Below are positions 9,025-18,961 of a stretch of DNA of 64,000 nt, one piece after another. The position numbers and the translations under genes are program-made. Origin of the DNA: Patescibacteria group bacterium (GTDB taxonomy: Bacteria > Patescibacteriota > Minisyncoccia > UBA6257 > 1-14-0-10-40-38); NCBI GenBank assembly GCA_038064975.1, contig JBBTRX010000007.1, positions 59,026 through 123,025 on the forward strand, read 5' to 3'. The notes under the pieces were generated by a model. That model made no database searches, was not told the DNA's origin, and saw only the letters and a program-made list of their open reading frames with translations. Each line of letters starts with the position of its first letter. The stretch's first letter is position 1.

Positions 9025-9768
9025 ATGCTATCATTTATCATCGCAATATTCACACTTTTAGGTACAATATTTCCCACTCCAGTTCCCGCACAAAGTATCC
9101 CCGTTCCTGCAACTCAAACTATAACAACTTCGTCTACTTCTACTCCGACTATCCCCGTCTCTCCATCTCAAAAAATATCAGCTTCCTCCACGACTCCTCC
9201 CGTTTCAACCACACCACAGCCCATTCCAGTAAAAAAGATTACATCGGGAACGCCCTCTACGAGCACTGTTCCTCATGTGCCATTTTATTCCCAATTTAAA
9301 GACATTACTTCCGTAGAATGGAAAAAAGTTGGATGCGGTATTGCGAGCTTAGCGATGGTATTGGATTACTATAAGCCCGCAGTTTCCGTAAATACCCTAC
9401 TCCAACAAGGCATTGATTCAGGAGCATATTTGAAAAATGCCGGCTGGACCTACAAAGGCTTGATTGGCGTAGCAAAAAGACACGGTTTAGATGGCACAAG
9501 TTATGACCTTGGGAAATCAGGCAAAGCGATAGCGTTTGAACAATTCAAAAAACAACTCGCGAATGGTCCCGTTATCGCATCGGTACATTATAAGTTTGAT
9601 CCGCAGAGTACCATTCCCCACCTCGTGGTTATTAATGGTATGAGTGGTGACTCGGTCTACTACAATGATCCGGCTGCAAACGGCGGGGAAAAGATAATTT
9701 CTTCCGATACATTCCTCAAAGCTTGGAAAAAAAGATTTATCGTTATACGGCCGGTAGATAAGGTTTAG
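9025..9768 (+). CDS. C39-like peptidase, secreted, with Ser/Thr/Pro linker
   Basis: VPFYSQ...GCGIASLAMVL...HLVVING...YYNDP. Confidence 0.85.
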   Translation: MLSFIIAIFTLLGTIFPTPVPAQSIPVPATQTITTSSTSTPTIPVSPSQKISASSTTPPVSTTPQPIPVKKITSGTPSTSTVPHVPFYSQFKDITSVEWKKVGCGIASLAMVLDYYKPAVSVNTLLQQGIDSGAYLKNAGWTYKGLIGVAKRHGLDGTSYDLGKSGKAIAFEQFKKQLANGPVIASVHYKFDPQSTIPHLVVINGMSGDSVYYNDPAANGGEKIISSDTFLKAWKKRFIVIRPVDKV

Positions 9769-9818
9769 TGATTAATCTTCATTAATACTTTAGATACCAA
9801 CATGCTAGTATTTTAGTA

Positions 9819-10679
9819 ATGAAGAACAGTATTGGATTAGCTATATTTTCTGCACTTATCTTTTTTTCTTATACCACCGTATCAGCAATTGATTCGGCTT
9901 CTATTATTATTTCTCCCGTGACGGTTATCCAGGGAGAGCCGATACTGATAGCTGTTTCAAATGCAGATGCGTCTGAAGTACAGAAGATTTCGTTTGATAC
10001 TGTTTCGCTCGGCATTTTTACGTATCAGAATAAGCCCACTGCAATCGTGGGAATAGATCTTTATAAAAAGCCAGGGACGTATCCCGTTTTAGTTACGTTA
10101 GCCGATGGCCAGATTCTTGAAACGAAAGTTATTGTAGGTACACGAGAAAAGATAGAAGCGCCACTTGGCATTCCAGAAAAGCTCGGCGGAAATACTCCTG
10201 CAAGCCAGACTAAGCTCGTCACTTCCCTTGCCGCGGAAAACAAAAGTTTGGTAAAGCTCCGCACCGGAACAAAATCATTTTGGAAGGAAGCGTTCAGATT
10301 TCCACTCAAAGAAATCACGATTACGGACGACTATGGCTACTCCAGAACAACCGGAGCATATTCCATAGCTCACAAAGGCACTGATTTTCGCGCGAAGGAA
10401 GGCACAGCAATCAAGGCTATTAATCGTGGCGTGGTCCGCGTCGCGAAAGAATATCGGAACTACGGCAAGACGGTCGTCGTAGATCATGGACTAGGCCTAA
10501 CTTCCCTCTACATGCATCTTTCTAAAATCAAAGTAAACGTTGGCGAGCTTGTTTTGCCTGGACAAGTTATTGGTCTCAGCGGAAAGACGGGCTATGCCAC
10601 GAGTCCACATCTCCACCTTAGCGTGCGCCTCAACGATATTTCCATTGACCCGCTAAAGTTTTTTGAGCTTTTTAAATAA
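9819..10679 (+). CDS. M23 family metallopeptidase
   Basis: HKGTDF, YMHLS and PHLH motifs. Confidence 0.92.
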   Translation: MKNSIGLAIFSALIFFSYTTVSAIDSASIIISPVTVIQGEPILIAVSNADASEVQKISFDTVSLGIFTYQNKPTAIVGIDLYKKPGTYPVLVTLADGQILETKVIVGTREKIEAPLGIPEKLGGNTPASQTKLVTSLAAENKSLVKLRTGTKSFWKEAFRFPLKEITITDDYGYSRTTGAYSIAHKGTDFRAKEGTAIKAINRGVVRVAKEYRNYGKTVVVDHGLGLTSLYMHLSKIKVNVGELVLPGQVIGLSGKTGYATSPHLHLSVRLNDISIDPLKFFELFK

Positions 10680-10823
10680 ATTTCGTATTTTTTTCTTCTT
10701 GCAGGAAACGCGGATACTTTTTTGACGAGCTTTTAAATGTTATCCACTTATTTTGAAATTATTTTTCTAGTACCCATGGTATTCTATTTTTAGTACTCAC
10801 CCAACGTACCGGAGGAGGTATGT

Positions 10824-11099
10824 ATGGCACAACAAGAACCCCTTTCCGTTCCGAGAGAATTGGAACAGGCAATAGAGCAATTGAAATGCCATTCACATAT
10901 TTCCGAAGTTGTTCGCGGGGTCTCTGTAAACTGTCTTCATCATCATAGGTCAGGTACCGTAGTATTTGAAAGAGAAAATCCCTACGGAATACGCGCGAGC
11001 GCGTACACAGAAAACAGAGTCTTGACGCTCTATCTGCACGTAGAACACTCGCATCGAGAAGAGATCAAACGATTCCTTTCGACGCTTACGCACGGATAG
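10824..11099 (+). CDS. Hypothetical protein
   Basis: GGAGGAGG SD; followed by a terminator. Confidence 0.65.
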   Translation: MAQQEPLSVPRELEQAIEQLKCHSHISEVVRGVSVNCLHHHRSGTVVFERENPYGIRASAYTENRVLTLYLHVEHSHREEIKRFLSTLTHG

Positions 11100-11106
11100 C
11101 TGTGAG

Positions 11107-11140
11107 CCGCCACGCCCTTCGGGACGGAGGCGGTTTTTTA
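11107..11140 (+). terminator. Intrinsic terminator
   Basis: gccgccacg-cccttcggga-cggaggcgg followed by T tract. Confidence 0.7.
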
Positions 11141-11151
11141 TTGTAGAAATA

Positions 11152-11179
11152 TTGACAATCCATAGTATTCTGCTATAAT
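11152..11179 (+). promoter_or_regulatory. Sigma70-type promoter
   Basis: TTGACA-16 nt-TATAAT with extended -10 TG. Confidence 0.75.
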
Positions 11180-11229
11180 TTGCAACGGATCATTTTTACC
11201 CCCCAATACTTCAACGAGGAGAACTACAG

Positions 11230-11577
11230 GTGCAAAATCTCGGCGAACTACTCAAGGAAGCCGGCGTTCCAGGAGCCAGAGCAAAAACTGCGAAACCCCT
11301 GGAAAACGTACCTAAAGTGACTAGTCAAGAACTCGCGCAGATGACTGGCGGGAACTTTAATCTCGTGAGTGCGTCTGCGAGTCTTTTCCTGTCCTTTCCT
11401 GTGGACACTCGGGGCCGGTACATAGGTGCCTTTTGCCGAAACACGCCGGACGGGAAAAAGGGCCATGAGTTGTGGCTTGAATTCGAAACTCGCCAGCGTC
11501 GCAGTCCAGTGAAGCCCTATGTCTTCACGAATTTCGGGAGAGAAGTCCTCGCCGACGCAGGCTATCCGGTGGAGTGA
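11230..11577 (+). CDS. Hypothetical protein
   Basis: GAGGAG SD, GTG start, directly after the promoter. Confidence 0.65.
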   Translation: MQNLGELLKEAGVPGARAKTAKPLENVPKVTSQELAQMTGGNFNLVSASASLFLSFPVDTRGRYIGAFCRNTPDGKKGHELWLEFETRQRRSPVKPYVFTNFGREVLADAGYPVE

Positions 11578-11789
11578 ATTCCTACAGAAAGGCAACCGTG
11601 CTACACAAGCGCACGACGGACTCGACTCAAGCAGCAGCTAACATCGCCGATCGTGAATACGATGTTGCGTGGAGAGATGCCGCATATCAAAAACAGGTAT
11701 ACGGTTTCACCTCCATCGACCCCGATGAAACATGGACGCACGTCTATCACGAAGTTCTGCAAGAACTCGTGGGATACTGCCCTTCCTGA
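11574..11789 (+). CDS. Hypothetical protein
   Basis: GTGA overlap with upstream ORF; terminator at about 11797-11841. Confidence 0.55.
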   Translation: MNSYRKATVLHKRTTDSTQAAANIADREYDVAWRDAAYQKQVYGFTSIDPDETWTHVYHEVLQELVGYCPS

Positions 11790-11933
11790 TTCCCTTGCGC
11801 CGCCAATCCCTTACCGGATAGGCGGCGCTTCTTTTTTATTTTCTAATGTAAATTAAATGTCCATCGCACTTTACTAAGTCACGATGTCTTCGTCGCTCCT
11901 CGCTCCTTGAGAAGTGCGTGGTACACTAGATTT

Positions 11934-12218
11934 ATGGACCAACTTATGAAAGCAGATATTTTCTTTTTTATATCTTCTATAGCAACTGTTGTGCTTACAG
12001 CGCTAGTTTCTATTCTTCTTTTCTATCTTATTAAAGCCGGAAAAAATCTTTCTGAACTTTCAGAGGTACTGAAAGGTAATATAAAAGAATCAAAAGAATT
12101 TATTCAAGATCTTAAGGAACGCTTAGAAGACAATATTGTATTTCGGCTCTTTTTTCCTTCACCACGGAAAAGAAAAGAAACTTCAGCGAAAAATCATAAA
12201 GGAAAGAGCAATACTTAA
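11934..12218 (+). CDS. Hypothetical membrane protein
   Basis: One TM helix then coiled coil; TGGTACACT 6 nt before the ATG. Confidence 0.75.
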   Translation: MDQLMKADIFFFISSIATVVLTALVSILLFYLIKAGKNLSELSEVLKGNIKESKEFIQDLKERLEDNIVFRLFFPSPRKRKETSAKNHKGKSNT

Positions 12219-12245
12219 CTATTACTCATAATTTTAAAAAAACCT

Positions 12246-12635
12246 ATGCCAAAGAAAACTACAGCAAACGGTGGTGGAAATGTAGCACTCATGGGAGCAA
12301 CGCTCGCGGGAATCGCGGCAACGGCTTATTTCTTCCTCGGGCCGAAGGGAAAGAAACACCAAAAACAAGCAAAGGCTTGGGCGATAAAGATGAAAGGCGA
12401 AGTTGTAGAAAAGCTGGAACGTGCTAGAGAAGTCAGCGAACCGATTTACCACCAAATCATTGATACGGTTGCAGCAAAGTATGGTGAAGAAAAGGATGCT
12501 AACCGTAATGAAATACGCGAATTAACAGAGGATTTAAAAAAACATTGGAAAACCTTAAGCGGCAAAGCGGGTGCCGTAAAGCACAAGGTAGTACGAGGCG
12601 CGAAGAAAGCTACGGCGAAAGTGACAAAAGAATAG
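12246..12635 (+). CDS. YtxH-like protein
   Basis: GATLAGIAATAYFFLGPKGKK followed by amphipathic helices. Confidence 0.65.
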   Translation: MPKKTTANGGGNVALMGATLAGIAATAYFFLGPKGKKHQKQAKAWAIKMKGEVVEKLERAREVSEPIYHQIIDTVAAKYGEEKDANRNEIRELTEDLKKHWKTLSGKAGAVKHKVVRGAKKATAKVTKE

Positions 12636-12651
12636 GCGTGGAATCGCAATA

Positions 12652-12681
12652 GAAAAATGCCATCGTATGATGGCATTTTTC
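12652..12681. terminator. Bidirectional terminator
   Basis: gaaaaatgccatc-gtat-gatggcatttttc between convergent genes. Confidence 0.8.
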
Positions 12682-12712
12682 TTGCAAGAATCTAGTACAA
12701 CGCTCCGCCACT

Positions 12713-12922
12713 CTAGTTTTGGCTGCCGCTGTTGCTTCCGCTATTACTGCCGTCGTTGCTTCCGCCTGGCAAGTTCAGATCCACGTTAATATCGTTTGTC
12801 CCGTCATTGGGGGTCGTATCCGCGCGAACCGCAAACCACCAAACTCCGAATCCTACGAGAAGAAGGAGTACGATTACTATAAGGATAGTATTGGTACTGG
12901 ACACATTGTTATTCTCTTCCAT
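12713..12922 (-). CDS. Small single-TM protein with S/G/N-rich tail
   Basis: TILIVIVLLLLVGFGVWWF. Confidence 0.7.
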   Translation of the reverse strand: MEENNNVSSTNTILIVIVLLLLVGFGVWWFAVRADTTPNDGTNDINVDLNLPGGSNDGSNSGSNSGSQN

Positions 12923-13259
12923 GGTAATGTAATGGTTTTTTAATAGATATCGACCACTAATTCAGATATCTGAACGTTTTTCCCTAGCTTTTATAATGCG
13001 CCTAGGCGCATTAAGATGCTGTGAATTTCAAATAATAAAGAATGGACAATGAATAATAAAAATTAGCTGAAGTTAATATTTTTTGTTATGCTTCATTATA
13101 AGTTAATCCTTTTTCTACGATCATAAATATTATGAAATCAAGCTTTACTCCTTCCATCTTGAGCGTCATCCCGTTAGAAATTTTGTCCCACTCGCCATAT
13201 ACTATATCTATGAATCACCATAAATATAAACCAGCCCTACGGGGACTATTTCTAACGAA

Positions 13260-13427
13260 ATGAGCAAACACAATAAAGACCAGTTCAATAATCCTGTTTC
13301 AAAAAAAGATATTGAAATGAAAAATATGCATCGCACGGTAGCCGCACGTTTGAATCCTGACGCGCATAGCTTTAATTTGAAACCCGTACGCAAACCAAAA
13401 GCGAGCGGTAAAAAAGGAAATAGATAA
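13260..13427 (+). CDS. Small basic protein (55 aa)
   Basis: MSKHNKDQFNNPVSKKDIEMKNMHRTVAARLNPDAHSFNLKPVRKPKASGKKGNR; terminator at about 13437-13470. Confidence 0.5.
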   Translation: MSKHNKDQFNNPVSKKDIEMKNMHRTVAARLNPDAHSFNLKPVRKPKASGKKGNR

Positions 13428-13489
13428 CTCCCACTTAAAAGACCGCAAGATTCACTCAGCGGTCTTTTTTGTATAGCCAGTAGTAATAC

Positions 13490-13518
13490 TTGACATTATT
13501 ACTATTGTATGCTATTAT
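13490..13518 (+). promoter_or_regulatory. Sigma70-type promoter
   Basis: TTGACA-17 nt-TATTAT with extended -10 TG. Confidence 0.7.
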
Positions 13519-13565
13519 TAAAGAGTTAGAAACTCCCCAAAACAAGCCTAGAAAGGAGGTGCGGA

Positions 13566-14147
13566 GTGAGCACTTTAACAATCGCAGGTTGCATCATTGG
13601 CCTTTCGGTCTATGTGCCTCTCTGCATTCAAGTTCTCTCAGGCAGAGCAAAACTCAATTTTGCCACCTGGATACTGTTCGCGATCCTCGATGGCATCACT
13701 GCGGGTGCAATCTACTACGCAGGAGGTAGCTACTTTCTACCAGCAGCCTATACTCTCGGAAGCCTGGTAACGTCGGTATGCGTTCTGAAATCCAAGAATT
13801 TCTCGTGGACGCGGTTCGAGACGATGGTCACGTTTCTCGTAGTCACGTGTCTCGTTGTCTGGATCATCTCTGGTCCGACCGTTGCTACAGTAGCAGGGAC
13901 AACAGCAGTTGCGATCGCCTGCATTCCTCAGTTCATCGATACTTATCGAGAACCGTGGAAGAGTCCCCTTTTGAGCTGGAGCGGATTTATGATCGCGAAT
14001 GCTCTTGTTACTGCAGGCGGCGCGGAATGGTCCATTGAAGAGAGACTTTACCCAGCGGTCTGCACGTTGCTTACGACCGCAGTCGTCCTTCTCACTGTCC
14101 GGCGGTACTGGACGAAAGAGCCTTCCACTATGGAATCAAACATCTAG
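13566..14147 (+). CDS. Multi-pass membrane protein, PQ-loop/SWEET-like
   Basis: About 7 TM helices, YVP and IPQ motifs; AAGGAGGT SD. Confidence 0.65.
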   Translation: MSTLTIAGCIIGLSVYVPLCIQVLSGRAKLNFATWILFAILDGITAGAIYYAGGSYFLPAAYTLGSLVTSVCVLKSKNFSWTRFETMVTFLVVTCLVVWIISGPTVATVAGTTAVAIACIPQFIDTYREPWKSPLLSWSGFMIANALVTAGGAEWSIEERLYPAVCTLLTTAVVLLTVRRYWTKEPSTMESNI

Positions 14148-14301
14148 AGTTACTCGCTCTGTACACTGAACGAGCAGGAGCCCACTACTTCGGTCGCGGG
14201 CTCCTTTCTTTTTTATATATTATTTGACAGTTATCCTCCTAAGCAGTAATTTTATGCCAGATCCTCTCATCTTTCTCCAGTCCTTAACTCAAGGAGTTTC
14301 C

Positions 14302-14904
14302 GTGGACGCCTATCGCAAAAACGCACTACTCTCCGTTTACGACAAAGAAGGCATCGTAGAATTCGCCTGGGGACTCATTGATTTGGGATGGAATCTGTTT
14401 AGTTCAGGTGGAACTGCCAAAGTTCTCCAAGAAGCCGGTCTCGCCGTCACTGACATCGGTACCATTGTAGGACCGCCTATTCTCGGTCACCGTGTTGTCA
14501 CGCTCTCACGAGAACTCCATGCCGGACTTCTCGCGCGGAACACGCCGGAAGACCTTGCTGAACTTCAGCGGATCGGCGCGCCATACTTTGACCTTGTTTG
14601 CGTGGACCTGTATCCGCTTCAAGCGGAAACGGAACGTGAAGGGGCAACCATGGAAAGCGTGATTGAGAAAACCGACATCGGCGGACCGACTCTTCTTCGT
14701 TCTGGCGCAAAAGGTCGGCGTCTCGTCATTTCAAATCGTGAATCGCGAGAACTTGTCCTTCGACACCTTCAGGAAGGTACCGGCGACGATCCCGACCTTC
14801 GCCATATGTTTGCAATGGAAGCCGAACGGTTGGTCTCACGTTACTGTGATATCTCAGTACGATTTCTCGACTCTCACTTCGAGACCCTTCCTTCGGTTTC
14901 CTGA
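14302..14904 (+). CDS. Stand-alone IMP cyclohydrolase (PurH N-terminal MGS-like domain)
   Basis: ALLSVYDKEGI, SSGGTA, HRVVTL, VDLYP and DIGGPTLLRSGAK; AAGGAG SD before GTG; TTGACA-17-TAATTT promoter at 14224. Confidence 0.85.
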   Translation: MDAYRKNALLSVYDKEGIVEFAWGLIDLGWNLFSSGGTAKVLQEAGLAVTDIGTIVGPPILGHRVVTLSRELHAGLLARNTPEDLAELQRIGAPYFDLVCVDLYPLQAETEREGATMESVIEKTDIGGPTLLRSGAKGRRLVISNRESRELVLRHLQEGTGDDPDLRHMFAMEAERLVSRYCDISVRFLDSHFETLPSVS

Positions 14905-15075
14905 AAGGAAACACGCTCCGCCCCCCCGCACGACCCCTCGGTCGTGCGGCTTTTTTATTCATCTCATTATTTCTTCATTGTTTAAGAAATACTATGAGCT
15001 TAGCTCCCATTATCTCTTGGGTAGCCATATTCATTTACATACGACAACATTACAACCAACCTGAGGAGTGGCACC

Positions 15076-16032
15076 ATGACAAACGTAGTCTGCTTTGGCG
15101 GAGGCACCGGCCTCCCCGTCCTTCTTTCGGGACTGAAGAAAAATCGTGATCTTGAAATATCTGCGATTGTGACTATGTTTGACAACGGAGGAAGCTCTGG
15201 TGAGCTCCGAAACCAATTTGGCATTCTCCCACCAGGAGATATCCTAAAATGTCTTCTTATGCTCTCTGAAAATGCTAAAGAAGAATCAATCCGAGATTTG
15301 TTTTTGTACCGCATTGAAGACGGCGACCCCCCGAATCACACCCCAGGCAATATGATGCTCGTTGGTCTCCAACAGACCTACGGAATCATGAAAGCCGTAA
15401 AGATATTACAAAAGATCTTTCGGACGAAAGGAAATGTTTATCCTGTTGCGATAGGATCAAGCCACCTGTGTTGCGCATATACAGATGGGGATGTCGTGCA
15501 TGGAGAGACAGAAGTGGATGAAGGGATCCGTAAAGGAAAGACTCCTCAACGCCTCTACCTTATGCCAACAGTACAACATAACGAGGATATTCAAGAAGTT
15601 ATCGGCAGTGCAGATGCTTTTTGTGTCGGTCCGGGGAGTTTGTACACCAGTATTATCCCTAATTTTCTTCCTCATGGAGTGAAGAGGATGCTCATGGATT
15701 CTACGGCACCTATCATATTCGTGAGCAACCTACTCACGGAAGGTAAGGGTATGACGAGTAGCGCTCTCCATCATCAGATAGAGATCGCTGAACAATACAT
15801 CGGCCGCGAAGTGACGGCGATCATCGCAAATACCAAACTTCCTCACGAAATGTCTTCGGAGATTCTGGAAAAGTATGCCAAGGAAAAAAAGTACCCCATT
15901 CTCTGCAATGGAGAACATGATCCGAGGTACGTCAAACGTGCCCTATGGACAGAACCGACGCTCGCACGGCATGATTCCAAGCTCCTCTCTTGTGCCGTTC
16001 ACGACGCGCTCAACCAACTTTGTCCCGCATAA
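15076..16032 (+). CDS. YvcK/CofD-like (GlmR) protein
   Basis: GGGTGL, DNGGSSG, PPGD, GPGSLYTSIIPN and RHDS motifs. Confidence 0.9.
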   Translation: MTNVVCFGGGTGLPVLLSGLKKNRDLEISAIVTMFDNGGSSGELRNQFGILPPGDILKCLLMLSENAKEESIRDLFLYRIEDGDPPNHTPGNMMLVGLQQTYGIMKAVKILQKIFRTKGNVYPVAIGSSHLCCAYTDGDVVHGETEVDEGIRKGKTPQRLYLMPTVQHNEDIQEVIGSADAFCVGPGSLYTSIIPNFLPHGVKRMLMDSTAPIIFVSNLLTEGKGMTSSALHHQIEIAEQYIGREVTAIIANTKLPHEMSSEILEKYAKEKKYPILCNGEHDPRYVKRALWTEPTLARHDSKLLSCAVHDALNQLCPA

Positions 16033-16101
16033 GGACAAATAACGCCGCCAAGGATTTCTCTAGAAATCCGAGGCGGCTCTTTTTTTAAAAAAGGAACTTA
16101 C

Positions 16102-17475
16102 TTAACTAGTATATAAATCAAAAATAGCTTTAAGATCCGCGAGACTCGCGGGCTTTGTAAGGTGGTGATTAAACCCCGCCCGTTGGGCACGCATTTTATC
16201 TTCTTCCTGTCCAAAACCAGTAAGTGCAATAAGAACAACGTCCGAAAGCTGGGGATCTGTCCTTAATTTTGTCGCCACAGCATAGCCATCCAATTCCGGC
16301 ATTCTGATATCCAATAAGACAATGTTCGGCTTCTCACGAAAAACTGCAGTCAAGGCTTCACGCCCCGAATAGACCGCAGAAGCATTGAAGCCGGCGAACC
16401 CTAAGAGCTTTTTCATTGCGTCCGCCGCGTCTTTATTGTCGTCAACGATGAGAATATTTTGCGTCATTAAAATTTTTACCCCCCCTTCGGTACTATTGCC
16501 GTTCATCATAGTACGAACAGGAATGAGTGGCAATTTCACCGTGAATATACTCCCCTTTCCTAATCCCTCGCTCTTCGCTGAAACCGTGCCACCATGGAGC
16601 TCCACAAGTGAGCGTACGAGTGCAAGCCCAATTCCCAATCCTCCTTTGAAATGAGCTGAAGGAGTTTCTTCTTGAGTAAACAAATTAAATATTTGAGAGA
16701 TCATCTGCCTACTAATTCCCCTCCCGGTATCCTGAACTTCTATGATCGTTGATCCATTTTCTAAACGGACACGAAGCCAAATTGTTCCGCCTGATTCGGT
16801 ATATTTTATAGCATTAGAGAGTAGATTTACAATAATTTGCTCAAGCCGTAGAGAATCTGCTATAAGCACCACGGGCTGGTCCGGCAATGAAATCTCGAGC
16901 GTATGCCGGGCTTCTTCAAGAAGCGGATTTATGGAATTGACCGTGTGATCAATCAATTCTTGCAGGCGTATTTCACTTACGTTCAGTTGGAGCTTATTTG
17001 AACTAATACGCGCAACGTCAAGAAGTTCCTTTAAAAGGCGCGTAAGCACTCCGAATTGGTGCTCAATCATAGCGATACTTCCCTTGAGCTCCTCGTCTTC
17101 AATACCGCGAAGTTTTATGTATTCCAAAGAACTCGTAATCGGAGCCATGGGGTTACGAAGCTCATGAGAAAGGATGGCTAAAAATCTGTTTTTAGCCGTA
17201 ATTTCATCCTGCAGATCTTCAAGAATGTTGATAACTGCTTTTTGTGTTTCTGTGTTGCCACTGCGTTCAAGCTCCAGGTCTTCGAAAATATTCATCATCG
17301 CCTGCTGCAAATATTCCGCATCCATGCGTGCGCGCTTCCGCTGCATTCCTAATGATGCCATAAGGCGCATCGTATCCGGAGAAGTATTTGCAGTAAACAA
17401 ATCGGACTGTAATCGAGATATTGATTCAGCCAATCTTTGTTTCGCGGATTGTATTTTTTGTTCTTTAATTTTCAT
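16102..17475 (-). CDS. Cytoplasmic hybrid histidine kinase (HisKA, HATPase, receiver)
   Basis: SHELRNP, NLLSNAIKY, DTGRG and GLGIGL; receiver VDD..D..K. Confidence 0.93.
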   Translation of the reverse strand: MKIKEQKIQSAKQRLAESISRLQSDLFTANTSPDTMRLMASLGMQRKRARMDAEYLQQAMMNIFEDLELERSGNTETQKAVINILEDLQDEITAKNRFLAILSHELRNPMAPITSSLEYIKLRGIEDEELKGSIAMIEHQFGVLTRLLKELLDVARISSNKLQLNVSEIRLQELIDHTVNSINPLLEEARHTLEISLPDQPVVLIADSLRLEQIIVNLLSNAIKYTESGGTIWLRVRLENGSTIIEVQDTGRGISRQMISQIFNLFTQEETPSAHFKGGLGIGLALVRSLVELHGGTVSAKSEGLGKGSIFTVKLPLIPVRTMMNGNSTEGGVKILMTQNILIVDDNKDAADAMKKLLGFAGFNASAVYSGREALTAVFREKPNIVLLDIRMPELDGYAVATKLRTDPQLSDVVLIALTGFGQEEDKMRAQRAGFNHHLTKPASLADLKAIFDLYTS

Positions 17476-18809
17476 GCTTCGTGGGATAACTTTCTTAATT
17501 CTTCAATTTCTCTTTTAAGTTCAATCATTTTAAGTTCTCTTCCCACGGTAAGCCGTTGGAACCTTTCCAATTCTACGACCTTTCCTTCAAGGCCTTGCGC
17601 ATATTGCGCGAGCTTTTTTTCTAGCTGTTTACGTTCGGTGATGTCTTGACCCACGCCAATAACACCGATGATGTTGCCTTGCACATCACGGCGAGTCGTA
17701 GCGTTGAGTAGTACGTCACGGCGATCTTTGCGTTTTGTATATAAAGGGAATTCGTAGTTCGCGGTTTCCATACCCGTGAGCGCTTTGTCCAAAACTTCAC
17801 GTACAGCAGTCCTATGCTCTTCGGTGATAAATTCTTCCACGAGATTCCTACCTAACGTCTCTGCCTTCTCATAGCCGGTGATAGCAACAGCGGTGCGGTT
17901 CCACTCCGTTACGCGGCCGTTCTTGTCGATGCCGAAGATTGGAGCATTTACGGTATCAATAAAGTTTGCGAGCTCTTGGGCGATACGAGCAGATTCAACT
18001 TCAGCTTTTTTACGTTCAGTAATGTCTTGACCCACGCCAATAACACCGATGATGTTGCCTTGCACATCACGGCGAGTCGTAGCGTTGAGTAGTACGTCAC
18101 GGCGATCTTTGCGTTTTGTATATAAAGGGAATTCGTAGTTCGCGGTTTCCATACCCGTGAGCGCTTTGTCCAAAACTTCACGTACAGCAGTCCTATGCTC
18201 TTCGGTGATAAATTCTTCCACGAGATTCCTACCTAACGTCTCTGCCTTCTCATAGCCGGTGATAGCAACAGCGGTGCGGTTCCACTCCGTTACGCGGCCG
18301 TTCTTGTCGATGCCGAAGATTGGAGCATTTGCGGTATCAATAAGGTTTGTGAGCTCTTGGGCAATACGAGCAGATTCAACTTCAGCTCTTTTACGTTCAG
18401 TTATATCGCTTAACGCTACAAACGTACCGATGATCTTACCGTTCTCATCTTTTTGAACAGTGGCATTATAGAGGACGTCTGTAAATCTTTTATTGCTTGT
18501 ATGGCGGACGGTAAGCTGGTAATTTGCGATGGACCCGTCTTTGAGCGCCCGGCGATACACGGCCTGGGATTTTGCGGGTTCAGTAAAGTAGTTAGAAAAA
18601 TTAGTATCAATAATTTGCATTCTTGGAACTCCAGTTATTTTTACCGTAGCGTCATTTACGTCAATAACCCTTCCTTCCGAGTTGATAGTAATTAAAGGAT
18701 CAAGGCTCGCCTCAATAAGGCCACGAGCGTATTGCGAGGTATGGGATGAATTGTCTTTTGCGGTTTCGTGATGATGTATTTTTATAAGGGCTTTCTTTAG
18801 CATATACAT
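17472..18809 (-). CDS. Triple-PAS sensor protein
   Basis: Three PAS/PAC units ending DITERK; C-terminal VGRELKMIELK coiled coil. Confidence 0.9.
   Translation of the reverse strand: MYMLKKALIKIHHHETAKDNSSHTSQYARGLIEASLDPLITINSEGRVIDVNDATVKITGVPRMQIIDTNFSNYFTEPAKSQAVYRRALKDGSIANYQLTVRHTSNKRFTDVLYNATVQKDENGKIIGTFVALSDITERKRAEVESARIAQELTNLIDTANAPIFGIDKNGRVTEWNRTAVAITGYEKAETLGRNLVEEFITEEHRTAVREVLDKALTGMETANYEFPLYTKRKDRRDVLLNATTRRDVQGNIIGVIGVGQDITERKKAEVESARIAQELANFIDTVNAPIFGIDKNGRVTEWNRTAVAITGYEKAETLGRNLVEEFITEEHRTAVREVLDKALTGMETANYEFPLYTKRKDRRDVLLNATTRRDVQGNIIGVIGVGQDITERKQLEKKLAQYAQGLEGKVVELERFQRLTVGRELKMIELKREIEELRKLSHEA
17641..18400. repeat. 381-bp tandem duplication of a PAS domain
   Basis: 17641-17949 reads identical to 18022-18330. 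Confidence 0.95.
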
Positions 18810-18961
18810 TAAGCACTTACACTATAGATATACGACCCGGGATATGCAAGGTCAACGATAATTCCAGGATAATTTTCTCCTTATGAAGCTCAAATGAAGA
18901 TAACCTCATCATTCTCTCTTCATGCATCTCAAACTACAGTAGTACTTTACTAAACTCATAA

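Noticed and set aside
14224-14301. ZTP or purine riboswitch upstream of the purH-like gene
   Set aside because: Only about 45 nt of leader after the promoter, with no recognisable aptamer
10800-16090. Integron cassette array or prophage
   Set aside because: No integrase, attC-like repeats or phage genes; each gene has its own promoter and terminator
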